A DNA stretch of 64,000 nt from Phoronis australis (Eukaryota > Animalia > Phoronida). The translations under genes were made by a program, and so were the position numbers. Below, piece by piece: positions 40,010-53,464 of this stretch. The notes under the pieces are model-generated. The model made no database searches. It was not told the origin of the DNA and worked only from the letters and a program-made list of their open reading frames with translations. The stretch lies in NCBI GenBank assembly GCA_002633005.1, contig NMRA01000090.1, positions 695,986 to 759,985 on the forward strand, read 5' to 3'. Positions within the stretch are counted from its first letter, which is position 1; each line of letters begins with the position of its first letter.

Positions 40010-40752
40010 CAGCATAATTTTTCCAGACAACATGAAAATTGCCAAGGTTAATCCTGTATTTAAAAAGGGGAACCGTTGTTTGTAGATAACTAGAGACCTA
40101 TCTCTGTTCTTACTTGCTTTTCTAAGGTTTTTGAAAAACTTATTTATAATCAACTTTACGATTATTTTCAATCTAATGGCTTGCTACATCCTGCCCAGTA
40201 CGGTTTTCATGGGGGGCACTAGACAGAACTGGCTTTAGTTGAAATTATAGATAGAATTGTCAAGGCTATGGAAAATAATAAATTACCCCTGGTCATTCTA
40301 ATTGATCTTTCCAAAGCTTTTGACTCTTTAAGTCATTCAATTTTACTCGACATCTTCTACAAACTCCTCGTTGCACTAAATCATTTGCTGAAGATTCAGT
40401 TCGCAATGCTCTATCTCATATCATTAATAACCTTCCTGAAAGTGTCATAAATTATTTAAGGAACGTTTGTTTTGAAAGTTATGAGCTTGAGTGCACTATT
40501 CCCAACTGTTTTGTATGTAACAACTTCCGATAATCTCTCCTAGTCTTTTTATAAGTAGTTTTAAATTTTATTATCACCTAATGTTGTAATTCTGATTATC
40601 TGTAACATTGTATTTTTTATTTTCTGGTGGCTCCGTAGTCAGCGGACCCTTTGGGTCCTTCACGGAGTCTCCATAAGCGTAAATTTGTATTAATTGTATT
40701 TTTTATCTTAACATGAATAAAGTGTATTACTACTAATAATAATTATAATAAA
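40010..40752 (+). mobile_element. CR1/L2-group LINE fragment (RT domains 1-3 plus 3' end)
   Basis: FPDNMKIAKVNPVFKKG, RPISVL, AQYGF, TELALVEIIDRI, ILIDLSKAFDSLSHSILL; ends in AATAAA followed by a (TAA)n-like tail. Confidence 0.8.
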
Positions 40753-42809
40753 CCAGGTAATATGGGAGGTAAATATGAGGGGAAATGAGTAACATCGAAT
40801 GATGACGTTCCCTCGCAAGGAATATGAACTAGAGAACGGAATGCTTGAAGCCAATGAGATTTGTGATAAGAGTTAGGCTGGAAAGCGAGTCAGCCAATGG
40901 CAGACAAGTATTGAGGCGTGTGGGATCTGCATAATAATGAAATAACATGTAGCCCGTATAGTAGCGTGATAGCAAGCAAATATGACCTACATCAATACAT
41001 TTTGGTTTAAATTCAATATACGTCGTTCATGCGTGATCTGAGGCTAGTACGTTATACTATACATGTAAATACGTTTTTGTTTGCTGTTTTCTGTTTTGTT
41101 TTGTAATTGCCTACTAAATGGAAATTCTCTTGTAAATTTAAACTTTACCATTCCATATTTATCATTTGATGGTTATGTAATGCAATGTCCTTACCAGGAT
41201 ATAATAAATAGCTTTCCGGGTAAACTGTTTTTCACTTTGTAATTGCTTTGTTCAAAAAAGATTTAATTAATTTTAAAAATGCAAGTTCGCAGTGGAATTG
41301 GGTCAAACGCAAAGTTGATCGGTGCCATTTAATAATGACAATAGATAAGAATTAGATACCAATTTGTAAAATACGAAGAAAAGTACTGCGAATATGGCAG
41401 GTGAACATCCATGTAAAGTAAGAAGTGAGCTTTGGCGCCTCCGTTCACTTACCGAGATAACGGGAGATCTATGAACTCATAAGCCTGTCTAGAAGGAAAA
41501 GATAATAAAAAGAATCAAGGAATTCTATGGAACACCTTTGACTGCACAGTAACAAATCACACTATGACAGCAAATGAACTTCAGTTGGCGTAATAAGAAT
41601 GCAGTGAAGGCCATTGGTGACGGGGCCCTAAGAAATGGTGGGTAGCCTTTGTGGAAACTTTATATTGAACTGGTGGGTGAAGTCCTGGAGGGAGATGGAG
41701 GGTCGAGTGGGGAGCAAATTTATCTTAGACTTAACTAGACATCCAGCAAAAACCGCAGCCCGAGTAGCCACCACCCGCCATCCCCCAAAATCACGATAGT
41801 GTGGCCAACGAGGAGTAAGGCTAACCTGGAAAACAAGCAGGTGGCGCCACCACCGTCACGCAGAAAGGAGCAGCGGACGACCGAAGAGCAGAGCCACAGT
41901 AAGTTCGAACAACGTAGAGTAGTATTTTTTCCAGCTTCGTCACGGACATACAGTCTCTGTGTCTTGGTATTTTTAGAATTTCAGATTTCCTTTAGCTGTA
42001 AGGTGAGTGTATTATATTACTTGAAGAAATTACTTTGCGAGTATTTGTTTGCTTGCTTCTTTCAGTTTTTGGTCGCACAATTCAGGCTAAATTTCTTCTC
42101 TGATCGTCATAAAATTTACACACCAGAGGTCGAAGACACTTGTGCATTGGTCGAAAACTTAACTCTTTGAAGTTATGTTTGAGTCTGAACTCAAAACGTC
42201 GAGTTTAGATTTGAATTTTTGAGTTTTTACTCGCATTTATCTCTCATCACCCACTTGAGCTAGAAACGTATCGGCGTAAACCATAATTATTGTATTCAAG
42301 CAAGGAATAATATACACTTATCTTGAGTTTGCATTAAACAATGAGCTATACCTGGTATAGCTCATTGCATTAAAGTAGAACGGGAATTTTCAAAATAATG
42401 TTGAATTCAGTTTCAATTACAAAGATTAGAACCCGAACCAACAAAACTCAAGGGTGCCATACTTTACGCTGATGTGTTCTTCAAGTTTAGTGCTGGTAGA
42501 TAATTACATAGTTTACTGGCGGCGAAGAAAATGTTCTTCTACCAAATTTGATCTTGGTGAGTGCGACGCACAAGGCAGTTAACCTAGACCTGGCTTTCAT
42601 GGCCTGAATATCGCAAACACATGTGATTTATTTTGTGCATTTGTTGAATATATTTGATAATAGCTGAATTTTGAAATGGCCGCGCCATATTGAAATTCAG
42701 TATCCCGAAAGACGGCTATCATTTTTTGGTAGACAGGCGTTCGGTGACACCTACAGATTCCATGTACCTTAATGCAGACCGGAGATTTCAATCTACTGCT
42801 TTGAACACC

Positions 42810-42963
42810 GGCCTCCCGTTTAGTAACGGTAGGACCTCGCTAAAAAGCAAGACTTCGCGAGATTACGTGAGATATTGCCGTGCATTTTAAATGAGAACAC
42901 GTGACTTTGACCAGGTTTTAGTTAGGTCCTAGCGTAGGTCCTAGCGTCTACTGAACGCACGCC
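42810..42963 (-). mobile_element. Short MITE, copy 2
   Basis: Reverse complement of 7849-8012. Confidence 0.75.
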
Positions 42964-44899
42964 AGTGCTGCGGTAGCATAATGCCTTCGAATTTTCACTG
43001 CTGTGCGGTGAAGTGTGAAAAATGCCTTACGAAAAAGGGTGACCTTTTGAAATACCAATGAATGAAGAAGGAACTCATTTTCCATACATTTCCTATAGCG
43101 AACAAGAATCCGAGACGAAGCCAATGGCAGCGGCTTATAAAACGGGAGAATTTAGATCACAGCCCGGGTGTTAAACAGTGGAATTCATTTCTCTACATTT
43201 CTAGCAACGGACCACTATGTAGTAATTGAATTTCTGTCTACCAAATCTGACTCAGGATCAAGCGTTAGTCACTTTTACGCTCCCATTACTATAGAAAGCG
43301 CCAATATGGAAAGTCTCCCATTGAAACTGTTTTGTTTCCCTGTTTTGTTACACTGATACTCCTCGCTTTAGTCTGCTGTTTTTGAGCTTCTGAGAACAGG
43401 TAGAACAAACAGCAACGTAGCGATCCGTTGTTGGAAGTAAAATGAATGTGTATGAAATGTTTGAAAGATTAGTCTTCGGGTGAAGTTTGTTTGGATTTCT
43501 GATGGACTAATCTGTATTTTCTCTGTCCATTTAGTAGCCGATATGTAGCATGTACATTTTTATGGGATTTGTTTTTGTAGTACCTCGAATGTTTGCCCTA
43601 ACTCAATTTGGGGGTCATATTGGGGGTTTTTGGAATGCCTTTTCCGGAGTAAAATTTTCTTGTTAGGGGTCATTTAATGTTCAGTGTGTCACGGTAATTC
43701 AATTTCAAACAGTTTTGGCCGGTTCCTCTAGTAACTAGTCTAACTCACATTTTCAACGTCAATCTGATGCTCTTTGGGGGGTCCTACCAAAAGTGTATTT
43801 TGTATGACATAGGCCATGTACTGATTCCCATGGAATTATTTGGTGTACCTCGAACGCTTGATCTAGCTCAATTTTTGTAGACCCCCTTTTTGAATTTCTG
43901 GTGGGCCGGCTTCTAGAATGCGTTTTTTTTGTCACAGGACATTCGGTGCTAAACGTGGTGCGACTCTGAATTTTGAATTACCCAATATCGTACTGTTTGA
44001 TTTTTTCTCACCTTTAACAGGCAATCACAAATAAATAAATACCTAAATTGCAGTTGCATTTTATTACTCAATCTCTTCTTTTATTTTTAATTATATCATG
44101 CTGTGTTGTATGTAACAATGCAATGTAATGAAATAAAGTCAATGTTTTACTTTATTGGTGGCCATTCTCTGTCAATTCAAGTATTTTTATTTTCTTCAAA
44201 TAAATCCAAAATGCCTTAACCAAAAATTTCAACATAAATGTTGAGCTCAGTACTTTGTTTTGTAATAAAAAGCAAGTGGACAATATTTTGATGACCAAGG
44301 CGTGGGCCGAAACTGTTAAGCACACAGCGTGTTGCATTTGTCTGCTGCGTTTTTCCTTTGGCCTAACAAGTGTCGGTTAGTGGCTGGGACAAATAGATAC
44401 ATTGCATAAACAATCTCAGTGTTGTTTTTTGTTCCGTCTGAAGAAAATTTAATTTCGAAAATATCTTCTGAAAATGAACGAAAAAGTGCATTAGTAAAAT
44501 CTATAAGTTTTTAAGTGGTTTCAAAAAACTGTCGGTAAATGGACCGATTTTCGTCTCAGTTCCTCGATGCGTGATATTCCCGAGAGGTTAGTACCTAAGG
44601 TGCAGACGACCACTCTAGATTGGAACGCTAAGTCCCGCGCGGCTGCGCTGCACGCGAAAGAAAATGGCGAACGACCATTGGAGCCTGACGACGATAGGTA
44701 TCCGGATTTTACATGAAAAGGACACAAAATGTTGCTTCGATCGATTTTATCCAGACACTTCTCCCGGCGGAAGTAAAAGCACTGCGCGATTCACCGCCGT
44801 AACTAAGTCCTCCCAAGAATATAAATATTTTTTTGTTCATTATTTATTAGCTACGTCAGTTATTGACAATTGTCATTAACATGTCAGTCTGCAATTCGC

Positions 44900-45065
44900 A
44901 AAAAAAAACTATCACAGTTCATTGCACTCCTAATGTTGTTTATCCATTTTTCACGAAGTTCTTGGTTTGCAGGGAACACATAAAAACTCAGATTTTTATC
45001 TGTCTTTTTGTTTTTGAAGCAGCCAGGAACACAAGTGTATCCGCCGTAAGTTTTCTTCGCGATCA
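44900..45065 (-). pseudogene. THAP domain relic
   Basis: MIAKKTYGGYTCVPGCFKNKKTDKNLSFYVFPANQELREKWINNIR: THAP CxxxGC, FxxFP and RxxW motifs. Confidence 0.7.
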
Positions 45066-45325
45066 TTCCGCGTATTATGCTCGTTACTATGGTCGCTTTC
45101 GGAATCCTGACCACAGCACCCACAATGCACCATTTTAACCTAATTTCAATATGGCGTCGCTGCAAATCCGCTATAGGGCGGTCCCCATTGGGGAATATTT
45201 CAACCTCCCAGGCCCTACTACCAGTGACGTCAGTGTACTGGTAGTCAAAGGCGGGCTGTCGTACATTTACGCACGCAGAAAATGAGAGGCCGAATTCATC
45301 GCAAAATTTAACACTCACGCCAGAG

Positions 45326-45857
45326 GCCTCCCTCCCTCTCTCTCTCTCCCTCTCTCTCTCCCTCCCTCCCTCCCTCCCTCCCTCCCACTCTCTCTCTCTC
45401 TCTCTNNNNNNNNNNNNNNNNNNNNNNNNNNNNNNNNNNNNNNNNNNNNNNNNNNNNNNNNNNNNNNNNNNNNNNNNNNNNNNNNNNNNNNNNNNNNNNN
45501 NNNNNNNNNNNNNNNNNNNNNNNNNNNNNNNNNNNNNNNNNNNNNNNNNNNNNNNNNNNNNNNNNNNNNNNNNNNNNNNNNNNNNNNNNNNNNNNNNNNN
45601 NNNNNNNNNNNNNNNNNNNNNNNNNNNNNNNNNNNNNNNNNNNNNNNNNNNNNNNNNNNNNNNNNNNNNNNNNNNNNNNNNNNNNNNNNNNNNNNNNNNN
45701 NNNNNNNNNNNNNNNNNNNNNNNNNNNNNNNNNNNNNNNNNNNNNNNNNNNNNNNNNNNNNNNNNNNNNNNNNNNNNNNNNNNNNNNNNNNNNNNNNNNN
45801 NNNNNNNNNNNNNNNNNCCCCCTCTCTCTCTCTCATCTCTCTCTCTCATCTCTCTCT
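45326..45857. repeat. (CT)n/(CCCT)n microsatellite flanking a 412-N assembly gap (45406-45817)
   Basis: Seen directly in the sequence. Confidence 0.95.
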
Positions 45858-45923
45858 AGCGTGTCACTATGTGGTATTCTGTGCCATTTTATTTTAGATC
45901 CATCTACATGTATGTACTCAGCA

Positions 45924-45995
45924 GTCTGTAGCACGCCCTTGACAAACAGCGTATCGCTCGAAACGTGGGGATATCTAAATATATTTTAGTACCGT
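45924..45995 (+). ncRNA. Minimal hammerhead-ribozyme-like motif (Penelope-type variant core)
   Basis: CCC-TTGACAA-ACAGCGTATCGCTC-GAAAC-GT-GGGG: UUGANAA variant core, stem II AGCG/CGCT, GAAAC-GU, stem I CCC/GGG. Confidence 0.4.
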
Positions 45996-46439
45996 TTTAG
46001 TTTTACTGGTTTTACTATTTTTATTGTAATATCTGTTCTGATGAACTGAAATCAGGTACCGACAAAAAGCCGTGTTTCTTAAACTAATCTAAATCTGTTT
46101 ACAAGAGACTAAACTAACATCCTATCGAAGAGATTTAGTATACCGCTTATGCAATAATGTTCGAGTGTGATAGGTTTGACCTATTAGTTGGACACACCGA
46201 TACTCTTAAATCAACCAAGGAGGCATTAACACGTGCCTAACGTTTAAAATTATATTCGTAGTATAAACCCATAAAAAGTGACCGCGAGTAATCTGATGTG
46301 GTGATCCGTTAATCTTAATGTGCCGTCACGTTCTCACCACACCCAACGCAGTCTCAAGATCCACTTATCTCTCATAATCTTGGATACGATACGTCACACA
46401 CGCAAAGCCGTGTACAGTGTATGTACGTTACATGAACTC

Positions 46440-46497
46440 TATAAATGATGAGATGACTGGTTTCCTGGCTAATTGGATCTGACAAGTCATTCGGCAG
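46440..46497 (+). promoter_or_regulatory. Candidate TATA box and short non-coding first exon of the CGRP/amylin-like gene
   Basis: TATAAA at 46440-46445; CRE-like TACGTCA ~50 bp upstream; strong donor GGCAG|GTAAGG (intron from 46498). The coding exon at 53171 starts right after an acceptor. The assignment is an inference. Confidence 0.4.
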
Positions 46498-46644
46498 GTA
46501 AGGTAAAGCTCCTTCGAATGTGTATACTTTATGTGCATTACTCGTTTCGTTTGGTCTTCAGATTTATAAAAACTCTCGAAATGTTTTCACAAGTTTGCGA
46601 GTACCACTTGTATTCAGTGAATTTCATCGCAGTAGTACCAAAAA

Positions 46645-46797
46645 CATGGGCGGCGCACCATAGGCGGCTGGGGGGGGGCTATAGCCCCCAACTTTTTTCA
46701 GTGATACACCGCACATGCTCTATAGGCGGTGCACCACAAGTGGGCTGAGGGGGCTTTATTCCCCCCCCCCACATGTTTCAGTGCTGCGCCGCCCATG
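46645..46797. mobile_element. MITE with 13-bp perfect TIR CATGGGCGGCGCA (hAT-like)
   Basis: CATGGGCGGCGCA...TGCGCCGCCCATG; G/C-run interior. Confidence 0.7.
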
Positions 46798-49039
46798 AAA
46801 AACGATTCAGATTCTTTGAACAAACGCTTCGCACACCTCCAAGCCCACTTTTCAACACATTTCGATCACGAAACAGTTTTTTTTCTTTCCTTTCAATATA
46901 GGTGTGAACGTTTCCAGTTGAAAACCCGAAATTTCAGTGGAATCATATTTCAGGCTGAAATTGATAAATGGCTATTTAATGTGAATATCCCACGTTTCAA
47001 CTAAAATTGAAATACAGGTTTTTTAATTAAGTTTTCAATTGAAGCTTAAAACTGAAAACTGACACGCGTACTGGGAAACATCAGCGAGACAGAACTGAGG
47101 TAAATAACGTCCTTGGACAGTCAATGATGACGTTACTGCTGGAAATTATGGATTGAGTGGCCTAGATAAGTCACAATGTAGTTCATGATTTCACCCCAGA
47201 TGCCGCTACGAGTTCATATAGTGTAATACCTCATGCAGCAAGGATACTGAGGGCAACAAGTCACCGGCAATGTTTTCGTTAAAGTTGCATTTCGCCTTGT
47301 TTAGATGTCTGAAAAAACGAACATCAAATTAGGACTTTTACTCTGACTCATAAAATCGGTCTCATAACATCCCTTATCCTGGCAGGGTTATATTCCCGTT
47401 GCCAACAAGAACACCGAAACCAGGTGGAACTCAAGAAAATGCTTTTGCAGTACTAATTTGACCATAGATAAAATTTCGAATTTCGAAAGGATGCATGAAC
47501 GCATTACCTATGACTTGAGTCGCCTGGTCATTGGACAGTAATTCTGTATCGGGTAAACGTGGTGATGTTTTTGGATTACGGGACATTTTGGTTGAAAATT
47601 CAACAGCGAAGAAATTAAAACTACTCTGATTAAACCAGGTCAACTAATTCAATGGTGGCATGTTTGATTCATGCAATTCTACCTTCAGCATTCAAAGACT
47701 GCTTATGCTGTGTAAATGACACGATTCTCCAAACTAAATGATTTCTTTTCTTTTTTCTACTACTTAAACTAATATTTAACAAAAACTTAGTAACGAGATG
47801 ACTACACCAATTTACAACACTATTTGACTGCACGTATTGTATGTCTTATCGAACACGGACCAGCTATTGAGTTTGACACAATCGATGATAAATGAGAAAG
47901 GTTTGAACAGGCTTATGTTTTAAGACTTAGAATAGGTTTGCTGACTGATAACGTCAACTAAAAGTAAACACAGGTAAAGATTATCTCTTTATTTGTTAAG
48001 TTTGACAAGAGTTTTTGACACAATTTGTAAAGCCGTTGGGAATGATAGCATCGATACGTACCAATTTTTAATCTTGGTGTCGCAAACGACCAACACAGCA
48101 AATGAGTTTCAGACGACAGTCTGAAATACATTAACGTGTTTGTTGGGGTAATTAGTGAATGTCAAACAAACTGCTGCCACTTGAACGACAGTTTTGCTCT
48201 GTTGAAGATGTGTCTTTCATCCAAATGTGGCGCTTGTTTTAGAAATACTACTTATCGCGTCGCCAGTGACGGAAATACGTGTGCATGGGATGTGATTCAT
48301 TTTCGATTTCAAGGAGAGCATTGGATTGAAGCATATTCAATGACAATGGACCATGAATAAAATGTGCAAAAGAATTTACACCTTTAAAAAGAGTTGCTCA
48401 GACTTTTTCATCAAAAATGTCTTTCTTACGGAAAAATGCTTGTTTTGTTTTTATTTTCGCAAAAAATCTGCGAGACCAGTGACTCTCGGCTGCTGCAAAG
48501 GTTTATGAAACGCCGTCACGAGAACGCATGCATTTCATTCGTTCATGCTGAAGTGCACGTGTAGTTGTGCAACGGTCGCTGAACAAGTGCTCGCGGGAAA
48601 GTCAATGACAGAACTCAGATTACTGTGGCAATAAGATGGACATTTTATTATTCGAGATAGTTCTAGCAATGCTAAATTCAGTGACACCAGAAAACAATGA
48701 CACATCAACCGATACCCATAGGCGTTGGAGGGTCTGAATTAGTGCAGGGGGCGAAATAAATGTCAGCCCAACATGATCATCCCTCTTTCTTGTTCGCCTA
48801 AGCATTCCCGTGAGACTTAAAACACTATAGCGGAAAGAGAAGTGCAACTAATTTGACTTCGCCGAACTCTTGTTGCGCCCGTGGTCAAGTTCCTTCCTAT
48901 CGCCATTATTTCATCCTCCCCTGGTCGTCGTCAATTTTCCACCCGCTGTCCATAATAGGCGTGCTGTGGGAAGGGGAACATCGGGAAGGCAGGTACCAGT
49001 AACTTAAGCTCCGTGCTTCAACAAAACTTCACGAGGAAC

Positions 49040-51430
49040 CATCCACTTTAGAAAGAGAGTATTATTACCTGTATTCCCAAAAGTGCAGACAAAAGTAAAC
49101 ATTTTCTAAAAAACTGGCGTTCTATTTCTCTTCTCAATGTAACCTACAAAATCGCGTCTGCAGCAATTGCGGAACGCATAAAGTCTGTGCTAGGGAAAAT
49201 TATTCATGAGGATCAGAGTGGCTACATCCGGGGAAGGAACTTGGCTGATAACATTTGTTTGCTATACGATCTATTCTATTATTCCCAGAAGCTCCAAATA
49301 CCTGGGCTACTACTTCTTATAGAATTTGAAAAAGCTTTTGACTCTTTGCCAAATAAAACTCCAAGACAAAGTTTGTCTTGGAGTTTTATTGAAAAAGTTT
49401 TATCTTTTTTTAATTTTGGGTGGTCAATTAAGAGATGGGTCAAAGTTTTCTACAAAAATATCAAACCGTGTGTTATTGTTAATGGCCAACCTTCTCGTTG
49501 GTTTAATATACAGAGAGGAGTCAGACAAGGTGATCCATTATCTCTTTATCTATTTCTTATTTGAGCGGAAGTTTTGGCTCTCATGATCAGACACAACAAA
49601 AATATAAGTGGAATCTAAATTATTGATGGTGAGTACTTACTAACTAACTCAATATTCTGACGACATTTTTATTATTTTATATGGCTCGGAGATGTCTTTA
49701 CGGTCTACTTTAAATGTTCTAAATATGTTTGCTCATTTCTCCGGCCTCAGGGTCAATATTGAAAAAAACACAAAAGCCATTTGGCTTGGTAATATGGCTA
49801 ACAGTGCTGAAAAATATTCTGTCAGAGAACAGTTATCGTGGACCAAAACAAATTTCATGTTCTTGGGATTGATTTCCAAGTCAGCTTACATGATATGGCA
49901 GATCAGAATCACTTGGCGAAATTAAAAGATATATATAATTGAATTAATTTTGAAAAATTGGTCCAAAAGAATTTTGACACCTTTCGGGAGGATTACAGTA
50001 ATCAAGGCGCTTGCGGTTTCAAAAAATTGCACATCTTTCTTCTAATATCATTGCCACAGCCTTCGAAATATATTCTAGAAAAACTGAACTCAATGTTTTT
50101 TTAATTCCTCTGGCAAGGTCGCAGTGACAAAATAAAGCGCTCCCGAGCTGTTTGTAATTATAATAAAGGAGGTATTAGAATTATTAACATATTTTCATTC
50201 TGTAAGGCTTTAAAGATTACCATGCTAACAAAATTTGTAAACGGACAGTCTAAGACGGCCCGTTTGTTTCATTTGATTTTCTGAAATTAGAAATTTCGCG
50301 AAGTATGGAGTTGACTTTCCTAAGATAATTTTGCCTAATATTGACAATCACTTTTGGATAGATTTTTTTTTTTGAATGTGTAATTTTCTTTGGAAATTGT
50401 TTGAAGATCAAAAATCAGATAGATTTTCTTAACCATTCTTCATGGTTCAGCAGTGACCTGCAGGTCGGAACAAAAAGTATTTTCTACAGGAAAAGGTGCT
50501 ATGGAGGCATAGTCTTTATAAAGGACTTGTTTTCCCCAGACGGTAATATTTTGAGCTATCGATTTATTGTGGAAGTTTTAGGTTTCAAAACGAGCTTCAT
50601 GGAGTATAATAGTCTAATTTCAGTGACATTTAAGTACCAACAGAAATGTGCTATTGATAGAGTTGTTAGTTTTGATGCGTATTGTTCTGTTATGCCAACA
50701 ATTTTAATGAAACTGAAAAGTGGTGGGAGAGCTTGTCAACAAATTTCTACACAATTAAATTGTAGATCCGAAGTCTCAAAAGCCGAGTCAAAAGGGGCCA
50801 AAGAACCTAACGTAAATACAAATAATTTTTCATGGGAATATGTTTATTCCCTTCTATATAATACAAAAAGAGACCCAAGAACTAGGTGGCTTCAGTTCAG
50901 ACTCTTGACGAGAACTTTGACTACTAACTCATTTTAAAAATAATTCAAGTTACGGATGACGACTCATGTTCCTTTTGTGGTCAATCGAAAGGGTCTCTGA
51001 AACACTTATTTTGGGATTGTGAAACGGTAAATTCATTTTGGACAAAAGTTAATGAAATTTTAAACAAAGCAAATCCCCAGTGTGTCGGCATTCTCTCCTG
51101 CAACAAGGTCATTTTTGTTTTTTGTTTTTTGATAAAAAGGAACATTTCAAAAACGTGGTTTTACTATTGGGTAAACAGTTTATTTATACCCAAAAGTTCG
51201 GATCAAAAAGATTACTTCTAAGTAGTTTTTTTTTACTTTATCAAACAATATTATATGAGTGAAAAGTATAGTGCTCGTAAGGATTTAAATTCAGAATTTG
51301 TACAAAAAGATGGTGTAACTTTGAAACTGTTTTACTTAGTAGTCAAGGTGTGGGGTATCCGTGAATGTGGTGTTCTTGTCTTTTTCTTGTTATTGTGAAT
51401 GTTATCATTGCCAATAAATGTATAAAAAAG
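49040..51430 (+). mobile_element. 5'-truncated Tx1/L1-clade LINE (decayed ORF2: RT and C-terminal zinc knuckle)
   Basis: LKNWRSISLLNVTYKI, IHEDQSGYIRGR, IEFEKAFDS, RGVRQGDPLS, QYSDD, SGLRVN, WLQFRLLTRTLTTNS, CSFCGQSKGSLKHLFWDC; AATAAA and an A-rich tail. Confidence 0.9.
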
Positions 51431-52610
51431 AATTACCATGGTTCAGTGAAAATATTTCTTTTGTTCCAAAATATTACAAAACAATTCTAAGAATGAAATT
51501 GGTGCAACAAATGAATTCAAAAATACCAAAAACCAGAAACCTATTTTTTTCAGAGTATTTTGTCACTTATTCAACAGTGTTTGAGGTTATATTGATTATT
51601 CTTTTATCCCCAAGTAAGATCAATGTTTTCACTATCTTAAGTTACGCACCATTTGATAAAAAATGATCATGTGCATTTTTAATTAATCAAAATTAAATTA
51701 GAATATACAATTTCAATGAAATTTAAATCAATTTCATTCCTGTCAAATAATATAGGAACTGAGAAGCGTTATGTCAGTGACCATCCAAAAAGAGCATACT
51801 CGTATTTTAAACGGTTTTGATGCACTGCAGCGTTGAATAAACAATTATTTTAATGCAAAAAAATTTCACGAGGAAGGTCAAAGGCAAGTTTTTGGGCATG
51901 TACATGCCACACGATTACGCATAGGGTGAAATTTTAAGTTTCATAGGTTGCAAAAAAGATGATCTGCCAAAATCATGATAGCTGATACGAAACCTTTGAA
52001 ACCCCAAAACCCTTAGAAATACGGGAGGAACAGCATTACTCTGGAATTACTGGATGGAACATCGTGGCGGAATTTACTGTTATAGTTTGGTCTATTCCGG
52101 GGAGTGAAAATGGGTCTTAGGGTCAGGGTTCACTTTATTGGGGTCCAGTTTGGGAAAAAATCACTTTATCATTGTTATGTTTGAAGGAATAGACTTTGAA
52201 AGAGAGCGAGTTCTCGTTGAGTTCAGCGGGATACTGCATCCTATTACACGGAAGTCTAAGACCTAAGACCACGGTTCAGGCCTTTGTAGCTCCCCAAAAC
52301 TGCAGAAAATGGGAAGGGTCGGGTTTGACTGCAGTTTTGTGGACTGTGTAGGAAGTGATTGCCATGAATGGTATTCTATAGTTCCTTGAAGTTGTTTTGA
52401 GTAAAATGAATCCAGAAATTTGGTCTGTGCTCTTGTCTATTCGGGATACGAAAGTGTCGCCATTTTCAGAGCACATCTTTGTTGGGTCTTGAATTCTTGG
52501 CGCGAAATCCGGTATACTTCAGACAAGTGGAAATTGTCAAAAATCTGGTTGGTAATAACATGATTTCTGTGATCTAAAGTGTAGAAGATTCGGATTATAA
52601 TCTTCTTTCT

Positions 52611-52850
52611 CATGCGTGCACCCAGGGTGCTAGGGGGTTCGAACGAGCGTTGGCGAAGTAGGCAAAAACGTCCGCCTCATAGAAACAAAAACTACGAAAA
52701 AGTAGAAACGAGACAAAAGTACACTAAGAAAGCAAGAACTTCCGAAATTCACAATTCATAGCTCTGAGAGTACCCCGTAAGTCTTTGTAAAAGGCCAACA
52801 TTCTAAAAAATTCGACCCCCCCCGCCCAATTTAAGTTGGATGCGCTTATA
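52611..52850. mobile_element. MITE (hAT-like, imperfect TIRs)
   Basis: CATGCGTGCACCCAGG...GGGGGTTCGAAC on the left; TTCGACCCCCCC...TTGGATGCGCTTAT on the right. Confidence 0.45.
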
Positions 52851-53171
52851 TTTCTTGTATCGAGGCAGTCGTGGGTTTGTGATTTGAGGTAAAAAAAGAC
52901 CAAAATCGCACTTTTTGTCAATTTTGGCATCTCGTTTTTTTTCGGTGGACGTGACGAGGTAAAACGACATGGCTTTGTTGAATTTATCCATCTTTGAGAA
53001 ACCCAACAAAGTGTAATCTCTGCCAGTTAAGAATTTTTTCAGGTGTCTTGAGACAGGGTGCAAAGAAAAGTTTTCATTGACCCAGACCAGTGGTCTTAGT
53101 CCTCGATACATCAGACAAATGTTTAGTTCAAATGTATGATCGCCCTCATTAATGCATACGTGTATTTCAGG

Positions 53172-53358
53172 ATGAAACTTTTGGGCGTGGTCGTGCTGTG
53201 TCTTACTTTGCTTTTGGTGACCCAAACATGCCGTGTATCAGGAAACACGCGACACAAGCGAACGTGTCAAACACAGTTGTGCAAGAACTTGATGGCAAAA
53301 TACTTTCAAGAACTCAAACTTACTGGGCATGCCAAGGACGTCGGGAAATTTGGCGATG
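53172..53358 (+). CDS. Secreted peptide precursor, CGRP/amylin/calcitonin-family-like, main coding exon
   Basis: TATTTCAG acceptor (ends 53170); ATG at 53172; MKLLGVVVLCLTLLLVTQTCRVSG (signal) NTRHKR (furin-type RxKR) TCQTQLCKNLMAKYFQELKLTGHAKDVGKFGD; probable non-canonical phase-1 donor ATG|GCATGT at 53359 followed by T-rich intron-like sequence. Confidence 0.7.
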
Positions 53359-53464
53359 GCATGTTATTTTATTATTGTTTATTACTGGTCATTGTCTACT
53401 CTTTTATTGGTTGTTATGTACTTCAGTCCGTGAAAATATTAAATGAAGATCATTTTCGGAACCA

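Noticed and set aside
44884-45849. Long ORFs of 321 and 173 aa
   Set aside because: Artefacts of the N gap and the (GA)n microsatellite; only the THAP relic portion is meaningful.
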